The notes beneath the pieces are model-generated. The model saw only the letters and a list, made by a program, of their open reading frames with translations. It was not told the origin of the DNA and did not search any database. Positions 31,301-39,510 of a stretch of DNA of 64,000 nucleotides are shown here, piece after piece; positions within the stretch are counted from its first letter, which is position 1; every line of letters begins with the position of its first letter. Position numbers and translations under genes: made by a program. Origin of the DNA: a virus; the IMG/VR virus record IMGVR_UViG_3300035162_004754, positions 11,040-75,039 of that record; one strand, written 5' to 3'.

Positions 31301-31627
31301 GTTGTTACACCAGCTGGAACAGAACTGTTCACTTCAAATACAAACCCATCTGTCATTCAATCAATTCGATTATGTAATTATGATTTGGACTTTGATGTTG
31401 ATGCATCAGTATCCATTTATCGAGGAGGAAGTGTTGGAGGTATTCTAACCACAGGTGTCAGACAAGGATACTTGGTATATAATTTAACAGTGCCCAAGAA
31501 TAGTGTAATTGAGATTTTAGAGAGACCAAAGTATCTTGCTGCAAATGACACTGTTGTTGTAGGGATTGCCGGAACCACTCTTACAAATAGTCTTTCTTCT
31601 ACTTTATCCGGTAAATATATAACATAG
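25322..31627 (+). CDS. Long tail fibre-like protein with internal repeats (2101 aa)
   Basis: Gly/Thr/Ser-rich; 29-aa and 94-aa repeats; VGIGT and DTTPQLGGNLD fibre motifs. Confidence 0.8.
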   Translation: MASPTRFLSGRQQEQKIGIEGSTDNKKVLEVVGRVGIGTTIFETRTELDVRGNAVVSGILTVGDIVVSSGVGGVFAIEKLRVTGISTFVDIGTFENNLFVGGDLDVDGHTELDDVNVSGASTFTGAIDANGSLDVNGLTELDDVNVSGASTFTGAIDANGDLDVDGHTELDNLNVSGVSTFTGAIDANGSLDVDGLTELDDVNVSGASTFTGIGTFLSDLFVAGDLNVVGDLVFDSFTARKITVNENSFLGFASATTLNVSGVSTFTGAIDANGSLDVDGHTELDDLNVSGVSTFASAIVGSAVTISSSGINVAAGIITGTLDNNLTLNTSGTGLSGIATYNNSGVVTFTVASNATDANTASTIVSRNGSGNFSAGTISADLTGVASTATKLATARTFELTGDVVASQISFDGTGNVSLAATIQPNPTISGNVTIGNDLQVNNNLNVSGNITVGGTSATLFTETLRVKDADIVLGFTTNSAGNEVSTDTTANNGGIAIASTEGSPIVSFNVDNIPSTYKNIMWFKTNAFTGLNTDAWLTNYAFGVGTTSMSAGTKFAVGNIEADFDDITSVRHIKSSGIVTASSFSGDGSGLFGISAGTVFAENSANQSQTIPFYVSTATTDVAGVSTQSFVFNPSTKSLGIGTDAPTSNLHVEGTLNISGVSTFSNNIDANGDLDVDGHTELDDVNVSGASTFTGAIDANGSLDVNGLTELDDVNVSGASTFAGAADFNGDLDVDGHTELDNLNVSGVSTFASAVNINSDLDVDGHTELDNVNVSGVSTFSDDVRFVGAANTDVVWDKSANSLNFEDYAKATFGDGGDLTITHSSNQSSISESGGNGLEVKSVKVTITPNGSTEKMAEFNANSSVELYFDDSKKLETTGYGITVTGDVNTSNNISIAGVSTFAGAIDANGSLDVDGHTELDNLNVSGVSTFAGAIDANGSLDVDGHTELDNVNVSGVSTFTGAIDANGSLDVDGHTELDNVNVSGVSTFAGSIDANGSLDVDGHTELDDLNVSGVSTFASAIVGSAVTISSSGINAATGIITASSLDAAISEWVLGADGTDNYTFSGPGFTGAENDPTIYVVRGQKYNFENKMGAHPFRIQSDPNGSTGTQYNDGITNNDVSNGTLVWDVQFDAPEILYYQCTSHANMGGRIYTRSDAEDSISFETIIVGGGTTITGSGINAPTGIITASTFSGSGASLTSIPNGALTNSSIAIGGVTVSLGGTDATPAFDLSDATDYPYTSLTGITTEILGDTTPQLGGNLDLNSKFITGTGGINVSGVVTATTFSGSGASLTNIPNGALTNSSIAIGGVTVSLGGTDATPAFDLSDATAYPYTSLTGITTEILGDTTPQLGGNLDLNSKFITGTGGVNVTGVVTATSFVGNVTGVASTATKLATARTFELTGDVVASQISFDGTGNVSLAATIQPNSVALGGDTTGDYVESISGTGNQITVSSGTGEGSTPVISIPNNPTLPGTTVTVTTDLQVNRNLNVTGNVTIGGTSATLFTETLKISDPDIIVGFRTDAGGNDISNDTTASHGGIAVASTEGSPIVSFVGGGGTVPVTYKKIFWFESGAFTGLATDAWLTNYAFGVGTTSMSAGTKFAVGNIETDFDDIKSVRHINSSGVVTATTFSGSGASLTSIPNGALTNNSVNYGGVTVSLGGTDATPAFDLSDATAYPYTSLTGITTEIVGDTTPQLGGNLDLNSKFITGTGGVNVTGVVTATSFSGSGASLTGITAASIGALSGLTIREEGSVAGSASSVGDINFVSSNLTATASGIGATVTLSDTPTFTSTVIGTGVTINSSGINATGVITATSFSGSGANLTNIPAPDVVTGDKYNTGITTSIYVSITGGIGTAVSGLTTVAANNDIFIGPGIGYSFPSTAGKSYIIESIHVTNIYNTHLYLTSRHDFNGGENVPTAQRVIVPYQGALEVLEEPIIAKPSDILRFQAFAGIGETSGVGPEAVGVNNGLDSFITYSEKTDTNFIGTGKTVVTPAGTELFTSNTNPSVIQSIRLCNYDLDFDVDASVSIYRGGSVGGILTTGVRQGYLVYNLTVPKNSVIEILERPKYLAANDTVVVGIAGTTLTNSLSSTLSGKYIT
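25627..28385 (+). repeat. Clusters of 87-bp (29-aa) coding repeats, DLDVDGHTELDxVNVSGxSTFTGAIDANG
   Basis: Near-identical DNA copies in clusters around 25.6-26.2, 27.3-27.7 and 28.0-28.4 kb. Confidence 0.9.
28895..30496 (+). repeat. Three 282-bp (94-aa) coding repeats
   Basis: Copies start at about 28895, 29177 and 30215 (TFSGSGASLTxIPNGALT...). Confidence 0.9.
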
Positions 31628-31643
31628 TATTATTGAATTTTTT

Positions 31644-32225
31644 ATGTGTCAATTGAAAGAAGGTATTATTTTTCCGACTAATTTTTATACTGCTGATATT
31701 TTCAATGAGTATCAAAATCAAAAGTATAAAAATTTTTTAACTGAACTTTCTAATAGAACAGAGGGTGAAAGAAGAAGTAATCGTAATGGTTGGCAGAGTG
31801 ATACTTTTTTGTGGAAACAAGATATTTTTAAACCACTTTTGGATGAAGCACTTAGTGCCACACAAATGATTGCCAAGAGATTGTCTAATAAAGAACTTCC
31901 ACAAATGGTTGTGAGGGCAATGTGGGGAAATATCAATCCAAAAGGTGGATTTAATTTCACTCATGTTCATCCTTCTGGGTGGTTGAGTGGAGTTTATTAT
32001 ATACAATTACCTGAAGCAAATAATGAAATAGTTTTTCAGGATCCAAGACCTGCAAGAATGATGGACTTTCAAAGAAGTTCTTTGATTACGGATGAATATT
32101 TTTCACATCATCCTAAGGTGGGAGAACTACTTTTATTTCCTTCTTGGTTGCCTCACTTTGTTTCACCAAATACATCGGATCAAAATAGAATTTCAATTTC
32201 ATTTAATGTTGAGTTAATAGTATAG
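31644..32225 (+). CDS. 2OG-Fe(II) oxygenase (TIGR02466-like)
   Basis: HVHP..LSGVYY, FQDPR, LLFPSWLPHFV, RISISFN. Confidence 0.88.
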   Translation: MCQLKEGIIFPTNFYTADIFNEYQNQKYKNFLTELSNRTEGERRSNRNGWQSDTFLWKQDIFKPLLDEALSATQMIAKRLSNKELPQMVVRAMWGNINPKGGFNFTHVHPSGWLSGVYYIQLPEANNEIVFQDPRPARMMDFQRSSLITDEYFSHHPKVGELLLFPSWLPHFVSPNTSDQNRISISFNVELIV

Positions 32226-32290
32226 TATTATTACTTTGTTAAATAGTATTGGAACATTTGTTTTTTATGTTCATTACCAAGGGTAAATAG

Positions 32291-34120
32291 ATGGCACAAG
32301 GAATTTTTGGTCTTGATAGAGTATATAAAAAACAAGTTCAAAATGTAAAAAACGACAACTTTGATAGTTGGCCAGAGAGTGCCACTTATGGTTACTTTGG
32401 TGGTGGTTATAATAATCCATATCTTTCGACAGTAGACCGTATTGATTTCTCGAATGAAACTACATCGGCACCAGGAAATAATCTAACTCAAGCAAGATAT
32501 GGTTTAGCAGCAGTCTCAAGTAGTTCTTATGGTTACTTTGGTGGTGGATATTTCTCACCACCAAATACTTATGTTACCACAGTAGACCGTCTTGATTTCT
32601 CCAATGAAACTTTCTCGGCACCAGGTAATAATTTAACTCAAGCAAGAGAAGGTTTAGCAGCAGTCTCAAGTAGTTCTTATGGATATTTTGCTGGTGGATT
32701 TACTTTCCCTCCTGCAAGTTGGAAAGATACAGTAGACCGTATTGATTTCTCCAATGAAACTACATCGGCACCAGGTAATGATATACCTTCAGGAAGACAG
32801 GGTTTAGGAGCAACCCAAAGTAGTTCTTATGGTTACTTTGGTGGTGGTGGTAGTTCTGTTGTATCATTAGTAGACCGTATTGATTTCTCGAATGAGACTA
32901 CATCGGCACCAGGTAATAATTTATCTCAAGCAAGATATAACTTAGCAGCAACCTCAAGTAGTTCTTATGGTTACTTTGGTGGTGGTGAAACTATACCACC
33001 TTATGTTACCACAGTAGACCGTATTGATTTCTCGAATGAAACTACATCGGCACCAGGTAATAATCTACCTCAAGCAAGAGGAAGATTAGCAGCAGTCTCA
33101 AGTAGTTCTTATGGTTACTTTGGTGGTGGTACTACTCCACCTTTTGCTGCCACAGTAGACCGTATTGATTTCTCGAATGAAACCACATCGGCACCAGGTA
33201 ATAATCTAACTCAAGCAAGAGAACAACTAGCAGCAGTATCCGGAGGAGCATCATACCGAATAAAAGGTTCGAGAACTTATGGTTACTTTGGCGGTGGTGA
33301 GGCTCCACCTTATGTTGCCACAGTAGACCGTCTTGATTTCTCGAATGAGACTACATCGGCACCAGGAAATAATCTAACTCAAGCAAGAAATGGTTTAGCA
33401 GCAGTCTCAACTAGTTCTTATGGTTACTTTGGTGGTGGTTTTGCTCCTACAGGTTATGTTACCACAATAGATCGTATTGATTTCTCGAATGAAACTTTCT
33501 CGGCACCAGGAAATAATCTAACTCAAGCAAGATATGGTTTAGCAGCAGTCTCAAGTAATTCTTATGGTTACTTTGGTGGTGGTGAGACTCCACCTTATGT
33601 TGACACAGTAGACCGTCTTGATTACTCTAATGAAACTACATCGGCACCAGGTAAAAATCTATCTGCAGTAAGAAGATCTTTAGCAGCAGTCTCAAGTAAT
33701 TCTTATGGTTACTTTGGTGGTGGTTTTACTCCACCTTATGTTGCCACAGTAGACCGTATTGATTTCTCTAATGAAACCACATCGGCACCAGGTAATAATC
33801 TAACTCAAGCAAGATCTGGTTTAGCAGCAGTCTCAAGTAGTTCTTATGGATACTTTGGTGGTGGACTTGCTCCACCTCTTGTTACCACAGTAGACCGTCT
33901 TGATTTCTCTAATGAAACCACATCGGCACCAGGTAATAATTTATCTCAAGCAAGATATAACTTAGCAGCAGTCTCAAATAATTCTTATGGTTACTTTGGT
34001 GGTGGTTCATCCCCAACACGGTCTACAGTAGACCGTATTGATTTCTCGAATGAGACTACATCGGCACCAGGTAATAATTTACCTCAAGCAAGAGAAAGTT
34101 TAGCAGCAGTCTCCAACTAA
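32291..34120 (+). CDS. Kelch-like repeat protein 1 (6+6 YGYFGGG repeats), putative adhesin
   Basis: 12 repeats of about 47-50 aa split by linker SGGASYRIKGSRT. Confidence 0.75.
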   Translation: MAQGIFGLDRVYKKQVQNVKNDNFDSWPESATYGYFGGGYNNPYLSTVDRIDFSNETTSAPGNNLTQARYGLAAVSSSSYGYFGGGYFSPPNTYVTTVDRLDFSNETFSAPGNNLTQAREGLAAVSSSSYGYFAGGFTFPPASWKDTVDRIDFSNETTSAPGNDIPSGRQGLGATQSSSYGYFGGGGSSVVSLVDRIDFSNETTSAPGNNLSQARYNLAATSSSSYGYFGGGETIPPYVTTVDRIDFSNETTSAPGNNLPQARGRLAAVSSSSYGYFGGGTTPPFAATVDRIDFSNETTSAPGNNLTQAREQLAAVSGGASYRIKGSRTYGYFGGGEAPPYVATVDRLDFSNETTSAPGNNLTQARNGLAAVSTSSYGYFGGGFAPTGYVTTIDRIDFSNETFSAPGNNLTQARYGLAAVSSNSYGYFGGGETPPYVDTVDRLDYSNETTSAPGKNLSAVRRSLAAVSSNSYGYFGGGFTPPYVATVDRIDFSNETTSAPGNNLTQARSGLAAVSSSSYGYFGGGLAPPLVTTVDRLDFSNETTSAPGNNLSQARYNLAAVSNNSYGYFGGGSSPTRSTVDRIDFSNETTSAPGNNLPQARESLAAVSN

Positions 34121-34168
34121 ATAAGAATACTTATATTATTAAACAAAACTATAATCTTATAATTGTAA

Positions 34169-36028
34169 ATGGCAATATTTTCTCTCAACGAAGTCAGAAC
34201 AGAACAGATAAAAAATGTTGCAAACGACAACTTTGAGAGTTGGCCGGAGAGTGCTACTTATGGTTACTTTGGTGGTGGACTTGCTCCACCTGCCGATTAT
34301 GTTACCACAGTAGACCGTATTGATTTCTCTAATGAAACCACATCGGCACCAGGAAATAATCTAACTCAAGCAAGAGGTTATTTAGCAGCAGTCTCAAGTA
34401 ATTCTTATGGTTACTTTGGTGGTGGATATTTCTCACCACCAAATACTTATGTTACCACAGTAGACCGTCTTGATTTCTCGAATGAGACTACATCGGCACC
34501 AGGAAATAATCTAACTCAAGCAAGATATGGTTTAGCAGCAGTATCAAGTAGTTCTTATGGTTATTTTGGTGGTGGTTTTGCTCCACCTTATGTTACCACA
34601 ATAGACCGTCTTGATTTCTCTAGTGAGACTACATCGGCACCAGGTAATAATCTACCTCAAGCAAGAAGTGGTTTGGCAGCAGTCTCAACTAGTTCTTATG
34701 GTTACTTTGGTGGTGGTACTGCACCACCTTATGTTACCGCAATAGATCGTATTGATTTCTCGAATGAAACTTTCTCGGCACCAGGTAATAATCTAACCCA
34801 AGCAAGAGGTTATTTAGCAACAGTTTCAACTAGTTCTTATGGTTACTTTGGTGGTGGTTCTTCTCCACCTAATGTTACCACAGTAGACCGTATTGATTTC
34901 TCTAATGAAACTACATCGGCACCAGGTAATAATTTATCTCAAGCAAGAAATGGTTTAGCAGCAGTCTCAACTAGTTCTTATGGTTACTTTGGTGGTGGTT
35001 TTACTCCACCTTATGTTACCACAATAGACCGTCTTGATTTCTCTAGTGAGACTACATCAGCACCAGGTAATAATTTACCGGCAGGAAGACGTGCTTTAGC
35101 AGCAGTATCCGGAGGAGCATCATACCGAATAAAAGGTTCGAGAACTTATGGTTACTTTGGTGGTGGTGATACTGCGCCTGGAGCACCTGGTAGTGTAGCA
35201 ACAGTAGACCGTATTGATTTTTCGAATGAGACTACATCGGCACCAGGAAATGATCTAACTCAAGCAAGACGTTCGAACGCAGCAGTCTCAAGTAATTCTT
35301 ATGGTTACTTTGGTGGTGGTTTTGCTCCACCTGGTAGTGTAGCAACAGTAGACCGTATTGATTTTTCTAATGAAACTGTATCGGCACCAGGTAAGGATCT
35401 ACCTGTAGCAAACCAGGCTTTAGCAGCAGTCTCAAGTAGTTCTTATGGTTACTTTGGTGGTGGTTTTATTCCCAGCTCGACTGCTGTAGTAAACCGTTTT
35501 GATTTTTTTAGTGAAACTTTCTCGGCACCAGGAAATGATCTAACTCAAGCAAGAGCTAGTTTAGCAGCAGTCTCAAATAGTTCTTATGGTTACTTTGGTG
35601 GTGGTTCACCAAAACTTACTACAGTAGATCGTATTGATTTCTCGAATGAAACTGTATCGGCACCGGGTAATAATCTACCTTTAGGAAGAAATGGTTTAGG
35701 AGCAGTCTCAGGTAACTCTTATGGTTACTTTGCTGGTGGAGAAAATTATGTCAGTCCATCTACTAGCTATCGTGACGATGTATTTCGTATGGATTTCTCG
35801 AATGAAACTTTTGCAGGAATCGTTCTTGCAAATAATTTATCCGCAAAGAAAGCTAGTTTAGCAGGAACCTCAAACAATTCTTATGGTTACTTTGGTGGTG
35901 GTTCGGGTCTTCCTGTACCTAATTATCTTGCCACAGTAGATCGTATTGATTTCACTACTCATATTTGTTCAGCAACAGGAAATAATTTACCTCAGGCCAG
36001 ATTTGGTTTAGCAGCAGTATCCAACTAA
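34169..36028 (+). CDS. Kelch-like repeat protein 2 (6+6 repeats)
   Basis: Same architecture and linker; CTAAATA late motif upstream. Confidence 0.75.
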   Translation: MAIFSLNEVRTEQIKNVANDNFESWPESATYGYFGGGLAPPADYVTTVDRIDFSNETTSAPGNNLTQARGYLAAVSSNSYGYFGGGYFSPPNTYVTTVDRLDFSNETTSAPGNNLTQARYGLAAVSSSSYGYFGGGFAPPYVTTIDRLDFSSETTSAPGNNLPQARSGLAAVSTSSYGYFGGGTAPPYVTAIDRIDFSNETFSAPGNNLTQARGYLATVSTSSYGYFGGGSSPPNVTTVDRIDFSNETTSAPGNNLSQARNGLAAVSTSSYGYFGGGFTPPYVTTIDRLDFSSETTSAPGNNLPAGRRALAAVSGGASYRIKGSRTYGYFGGGDTAPGAPGSVATVDRIDFSNETTSAPGNDLTQARRSNAAVSSNSYGYFGGGFAPPGSVATVDRIDFSNETVSAPGKDLPVANQALAAVSSSSYGYFGGGFIPSSTAVVNRFDFFSETFSAPGNDLTQARASLAAVSNSSYGYFGGGSPKLTTVDRIDFSNETVSAPGNNLPLGRNGLGAVSGNSYGYFAGGENYVSPSTSYRDDVFRMDFSNETFAGIVLANNLSAKKASLAGTSNNSYGYFGGGSGLPVPNYLATVDRIDFTTHICSATGNNLPQARFGLAAVSN

Positions 36029-36069
36029 ATATGGGTATAAATATATAAAATTGGTATTTTATAATTTTT

Positions 36070-36903
36070 ATGACTAACAATTATGAAGCGATTGCACTTG
36101 CATCATCTACGGAAGTTTTGGATGATAAAAATGAATTCATGTTCAAAGTTCTCAATGAAGCAAATCGATGGATTGAAAGTGAAGTAGAACTTGCACAAGG
36201 TCGTTCAGATTTTCAAATTGAAAAGTTTATTGTTCATGATAGTTTTACTATTCCATCTGCATTTAAATCTGCTTTAATTAATCGTAAGAGTGTGGCAGAA
36301 AATCTTCTTTCAAAAATTATTGATGCAAAGAAAGAAGCAAGAGAGTTTCATTATAAGTGGGAAGGAAAGGATAAGACACAACCAATCTGGTGGAAGACCC
36401 GTGATGGTGGTGAAGAATTATGTTGGTATGATATTGATGAGTTTCATTTTCATCGTATGCTTGAGGGACTTAATCACGGTTTCAAAGCATCGGTCCAAGA
36501 ACTTGAATGTTTTGATAAATTGATTAGTCGTTTGATTGAACTGAATGGTGGTAAATTAGTAAGCAAAGAACAATTTGATGCAGACCAACCAGATTATTGG
36601 GAGAGAAGACTTTCGAATCAATCTATTGATGATTTGTTTGCCGCAAAAACTGGTGTGAATGCAGGTAATATTCGTTCTATGAGAAGAGCAAGTGCTCCTA
36701 CTGTATTAGGAAATGATGTAAATAGAACTAAAGGATCATTTGGTGATCCAACTAATCCTCTTGACTTTCTGAATAAACTTCAAGAGAATGTTTCTGCCGG
36801 TATTTCTGAAATTACTGGTATGGATCAAAAAATTCTTTCATCTATTGAGGAAGAACAAAAACAATTTAATGGATCATTATTTAACCAAGAATTAAAACAG
36901 TAA
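36070..36903 (+). CDS. Hypothetical helical protein within the kelch cluster
   Basis: 277-aa ORF with ATAAATA late motif upstream. Confidence 0.7.
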   Translation: MTNNYEAIALASSTEVLDDKNEFMFKVLNEANRWIESEVELAQGRSDFQIEKFIVHDSFTIPSAFKSALINRKSVAENLLSKIIDAKKEAREFHYKWEGKDKTQPIWWKTRDGGEELCWYDIDEFHFHRMLEGLNHGFKASVQELECFDKLISRLIELNGGKLVSKEQFDADQPDYWERRLSNQSIDDLFAAKTGVNAGNIRSMRRASAPTVLGNDVNRTKGSFGDPTNPLDFLNKLQENVSAGISEITGMDQKILSSIEEEQKQFNGSLFNQELKQ

Positions 36904-36909
36904 AATCTT

Positions 36910-38811
36910 ATGGCTATCATAGGAGACGTATTTGGATTAACTTCTATTTACGAGAGACAAGTAGAAAATATTGCAAACGACAACTTTGAGAGTTGGCCGG
37001 AGAGTGCTACTTATGGTTACTTTGCTGGTGGTTCTAATCCACCTTCGTCTCCTTCTTATGTTGCCACAGTAGATCGTATTGATTTCTTGAATGAAACTGC
37101 ATCACTACCAGGTAATGATTTACCTTCAGGAAGAAAAAGTTTCGGAGAAGTCTCAAGTAGTTCTTATGGTTACTTTGGTGGAGGTTATGATGGTTCGAAC
37201 CATATTAATACAATAAACCGTCTTGATTTTTCGAATGAAACTTTTTCGGCACCAGGTAATAATTTATCTCAAGTAAGACAGGGTTTAGGAGGAACTCAAA
37301 GTAGTTCTTATGGTTACTTTGCTGGTGGATCAGATCCAGCTGTGTCTCCATCTTATGTTGCCACAGTAGATCGTATTGATTTCTCTAGTGAAACAATGTC
37401 AACACCAGGTAATAATTTACCTTCAGGAAGAAAGGATATTGGAACATCTCAAAGCAGTTCTTATGGTTACTTTGGTGGTGGTTATGATGGTTCGAACCAT
37501 ATTAATACAATAAACCGTCTTGATTTCTCTAGTGAAACTTTTTCGGCACCGGGTAATAATCTATCTCAAGTAAGACAGGGTTTAGCAGCAACCCAAAGTA
37601 GTTCTTATGGTTACTTTGGTGGTGGATCTGATCCAGCTGTGTCTCCATCTTATGTTGCCACAGTAGATCGTATTGATTTCTTGAATGAAACTGCATCACT
37701 ACCAGGTAATAATTTACCTTCAGGAAGAAAGGATATTGGAACAGTCTCAAGTAGTTCTTATGGTTACTTTGGTGGAGGTTATGATGGTTCGAACCATATT
37801 AATACAATAAACCGTCTTGATTTTTCGAATGAAACTTTTTCGGCACCAGGTAATAATTTATCTCAAGTAAGGCAGGGTTTAGGAGGAGTATCCGGAGGAG
37901 CATCATACCGAATAAAAGGATCAAGAACTTATGGTTACTTTGGTGGTGGTGATACTGCGCCTGGAGCACCTGGTAGTGTAGCAACAGTAGACCGTATTGA
38001 TTTCTCGAATGAGACTACATCGGCACCAGGTAATGATCTAACTCAAGCAAGACGTGCGTCCGCAGCAACCGAAAGTAGTTTTTATGGATACTTTGGTGGT
38101 GGTTTTGCTCCACCTAACGTGGACACAATAGACCGTATTGATTTCTCTAATGAAACTGTATCGGCACCAGGTAAGGATCTACCTGTAGCAAACCAGGGTT
38201 TAGCAGCAGTCTCAAGTAGTTCTTATGGTTACTTTGGTGGTGGTGCTTCTCCCAGCTCGACTGCCGTAGTAAACCGTTTTGATTTCTCTAGTGAAACTTT
38301 CTCGGCACCAGGAAATGATCTAACTCAAGCAAGAAATAATTTAGCAGCAGTCTCAAATAGTTCTTATGGTTACTTTGGTGGTGGTGGTTATCCTGAAAAA
38401 TCAACAGTAGATCGTATTGATTTCTCGAATGAAACTGTATCGGCACCGGGTAATAATCTACCTTCGGGGAGACATGGTTTAGGAGCAGTCTCAGGTAACT
38501 CTTATGGTTACTTTGCTGGTGGAGAAAATTATGTCAGTCCATCTACTAGCTATCGTGCTGATGTATTTCGTATGGATTTCTCGAATGAAACTTTTGCAGG
38601 AATCGTTGCTGCAAATAATTTACCCGTGAAGAAATTTGGTACAGCAGGAACCTCAAGTAATTCTTATGGTTACTTTGGTGGTGGTAATGGTCTTCCTTCA
38701 CCCAGTTATCTTGCCACAGTAGATCGTATTGATTTCACTACTCATATTTGTTCAGCAACAGGAAATAATCTACCTCAAGCAAGAAGTAGTTTAGCAGCAG
38801 TATCAAACTGA
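36910..38811 (+). CDS. Kelch-like repeat protein 3 (6+6 repeats)
   Basis: Same architecture; first six repeats are a two-repeat unit tripled. Confidence 0.75.
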   Translation: MAIIGDVFGLTSIYERQVENIANDNFESWPESATYGYFAGGSNPPSSPSYVATVDRIDFLNETASLPGNDLPSGRKSFGEVSSSSYGYFGGGYDGSNHINTINRLDFSNETFSAPGNNLSQVRQGLGGTQSSSYGYFAGGSDPAVSPSYVATVDRIDFSSETMSTPGNNLPSGRKDIGTSQSSSYGYFGGGYDGSNHINTINRLDFSSETFSAPGNNLSQVRQGLAATQSSSYGYFGGGSDPAVSPSYVATVDRIDFLNETASLPGNNLPSGRKDIGTVSSSSYGYFGGGYDGSNHINTINRLDFSNETFSAPGNNLSQVRQGLGGVSGGASYRIKGSRTYGYFGGGDTAPGAPGSVATVDRIDFSNETTSAPGNDLTQARRASAATESSFYGYFGGGFAPPNVDTIDRIDFSNETVSAPGKDLPVANQGLAAVSSSSYGYFGGGASPSSTAVVNRFDFSSETFSAPGNDLTQARNNLAAVSNSSYGYFGGGGYPEKSTVDRIDFSNETVSAPGNNLPSGRHGLGAVSGNSYGYFAGGENYVSPSTSYRADVFRMDFSNETFAGIVAANNLPVKKFGTAGTSSNSYGYFGGGNGLPSPSYLATVDRIDFTTHICSATGNNLPQARSSLAAVSN

Positions 38812-38842
38812 CACTAAATAGAAATACTTATATTATTATGAT

Positions 38843-39505
38843 ATGAATGATATACTTAGAAATGTATTGATACAACCAAAAGTTGTATCAAAAGAAGGAA
38901 TTGATTTCTTAGTTAATCATGCAAAAAATGCACCCAAAGATAAAATGGGTGTATTTGATGGAGAGAAAGCAAATCAAAACAAAGAAGGTCATCCATCAAG
39001 AGTTGATTTGAATGTAAGAAATGTAGATTGCTCTGATACTTCAAAAATTATTGAAGAGATTAAAGAACTTTATAATAATATTGTTCATCACGTAATCAAT
39101 CCTTTTTATGAGTTTAAAATAAGAGATAGTGAGTCTCCTCAGTTACTCATATATGAACCAGGAGGACACTATAAATCTCATTATGATGCAGTATCAAGGT
39201 GGAAAAACCCTGATGGATCTATTATCTGGAAGAAGTCTGTAGATAGAGATTTATCAACTATTCTTTTTTTAAATGATGATTTTGAAGGTGGAGAATTTGT
39301 ATTCCCAGATCTCAGAGTACGTATCAAACCAGAACCAGGTTTATTAGTTGCCTTTCCATCTTCACAGTTTTATCTCCATAAAGTAGAACCAGTAATTTCA
39401 GGAACTCGTTATGCAATGGTAAACTGGATGACCGTTCAAGGTATGCCTACTAAAGCGGAGATTGATAAAGAGATAGAAGATAAATACAATATAAATGTGT
39501 ACTGA
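38843..39505 (+). CDS. 2OG-Fe(II) oxygenase, prolyl-4-hydroxylase-like
   Basis: YKSHYD, LFLNDDFEGGEF, HKVEPVISGTRY. Confidence 0.9.
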   Translation: MNDILRNVLIQPKVVSKEGIDFLVNHAKNAPKDKMGVFDGEKANQNKEGHPSRVDLNVRNVDCSDTSKIIEEIKELYNNIVHHVINPFYEFKIRDSESPQLLIYEPGGHYKSHYDAVSRWKNPDGSIIWKKSVDRDLSTILFLNDDFEGGEFVFPDLRVRIKPEPGLLVAFPSSQFYLHKVEPVISGTRYAMVNWMTVQGMPTKAEIDKEIEDKYNINVY

Positions 39506-39510
39506 TAAAA

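Larger units (their letters stand above)
32384..38808 (+). repeat. 36 coding repeats of about 140-160 bp across three genes
   Basis: Conserved cores TATGGTTACTTTGGTGGTGG and GACCGTATTGATTTCTCGAATGAAAC...GCACCAGGTAATAAT. Confidence 0.92.

Noticed and set aside
32291-38811. CRISPR array (constant repeats with variable inserts)
   Set aside because: Repeats are in-frame coding units of about 140-160 bp inside long ORFs; no cas operon or leader
32291-38811. Diversity-generating retroelement or invertase shufflon
   Set aside because: No reverse transcriptase or recombinase in the window, all copies are in direct orientation, and variation includes indels rather than adenine-only changes
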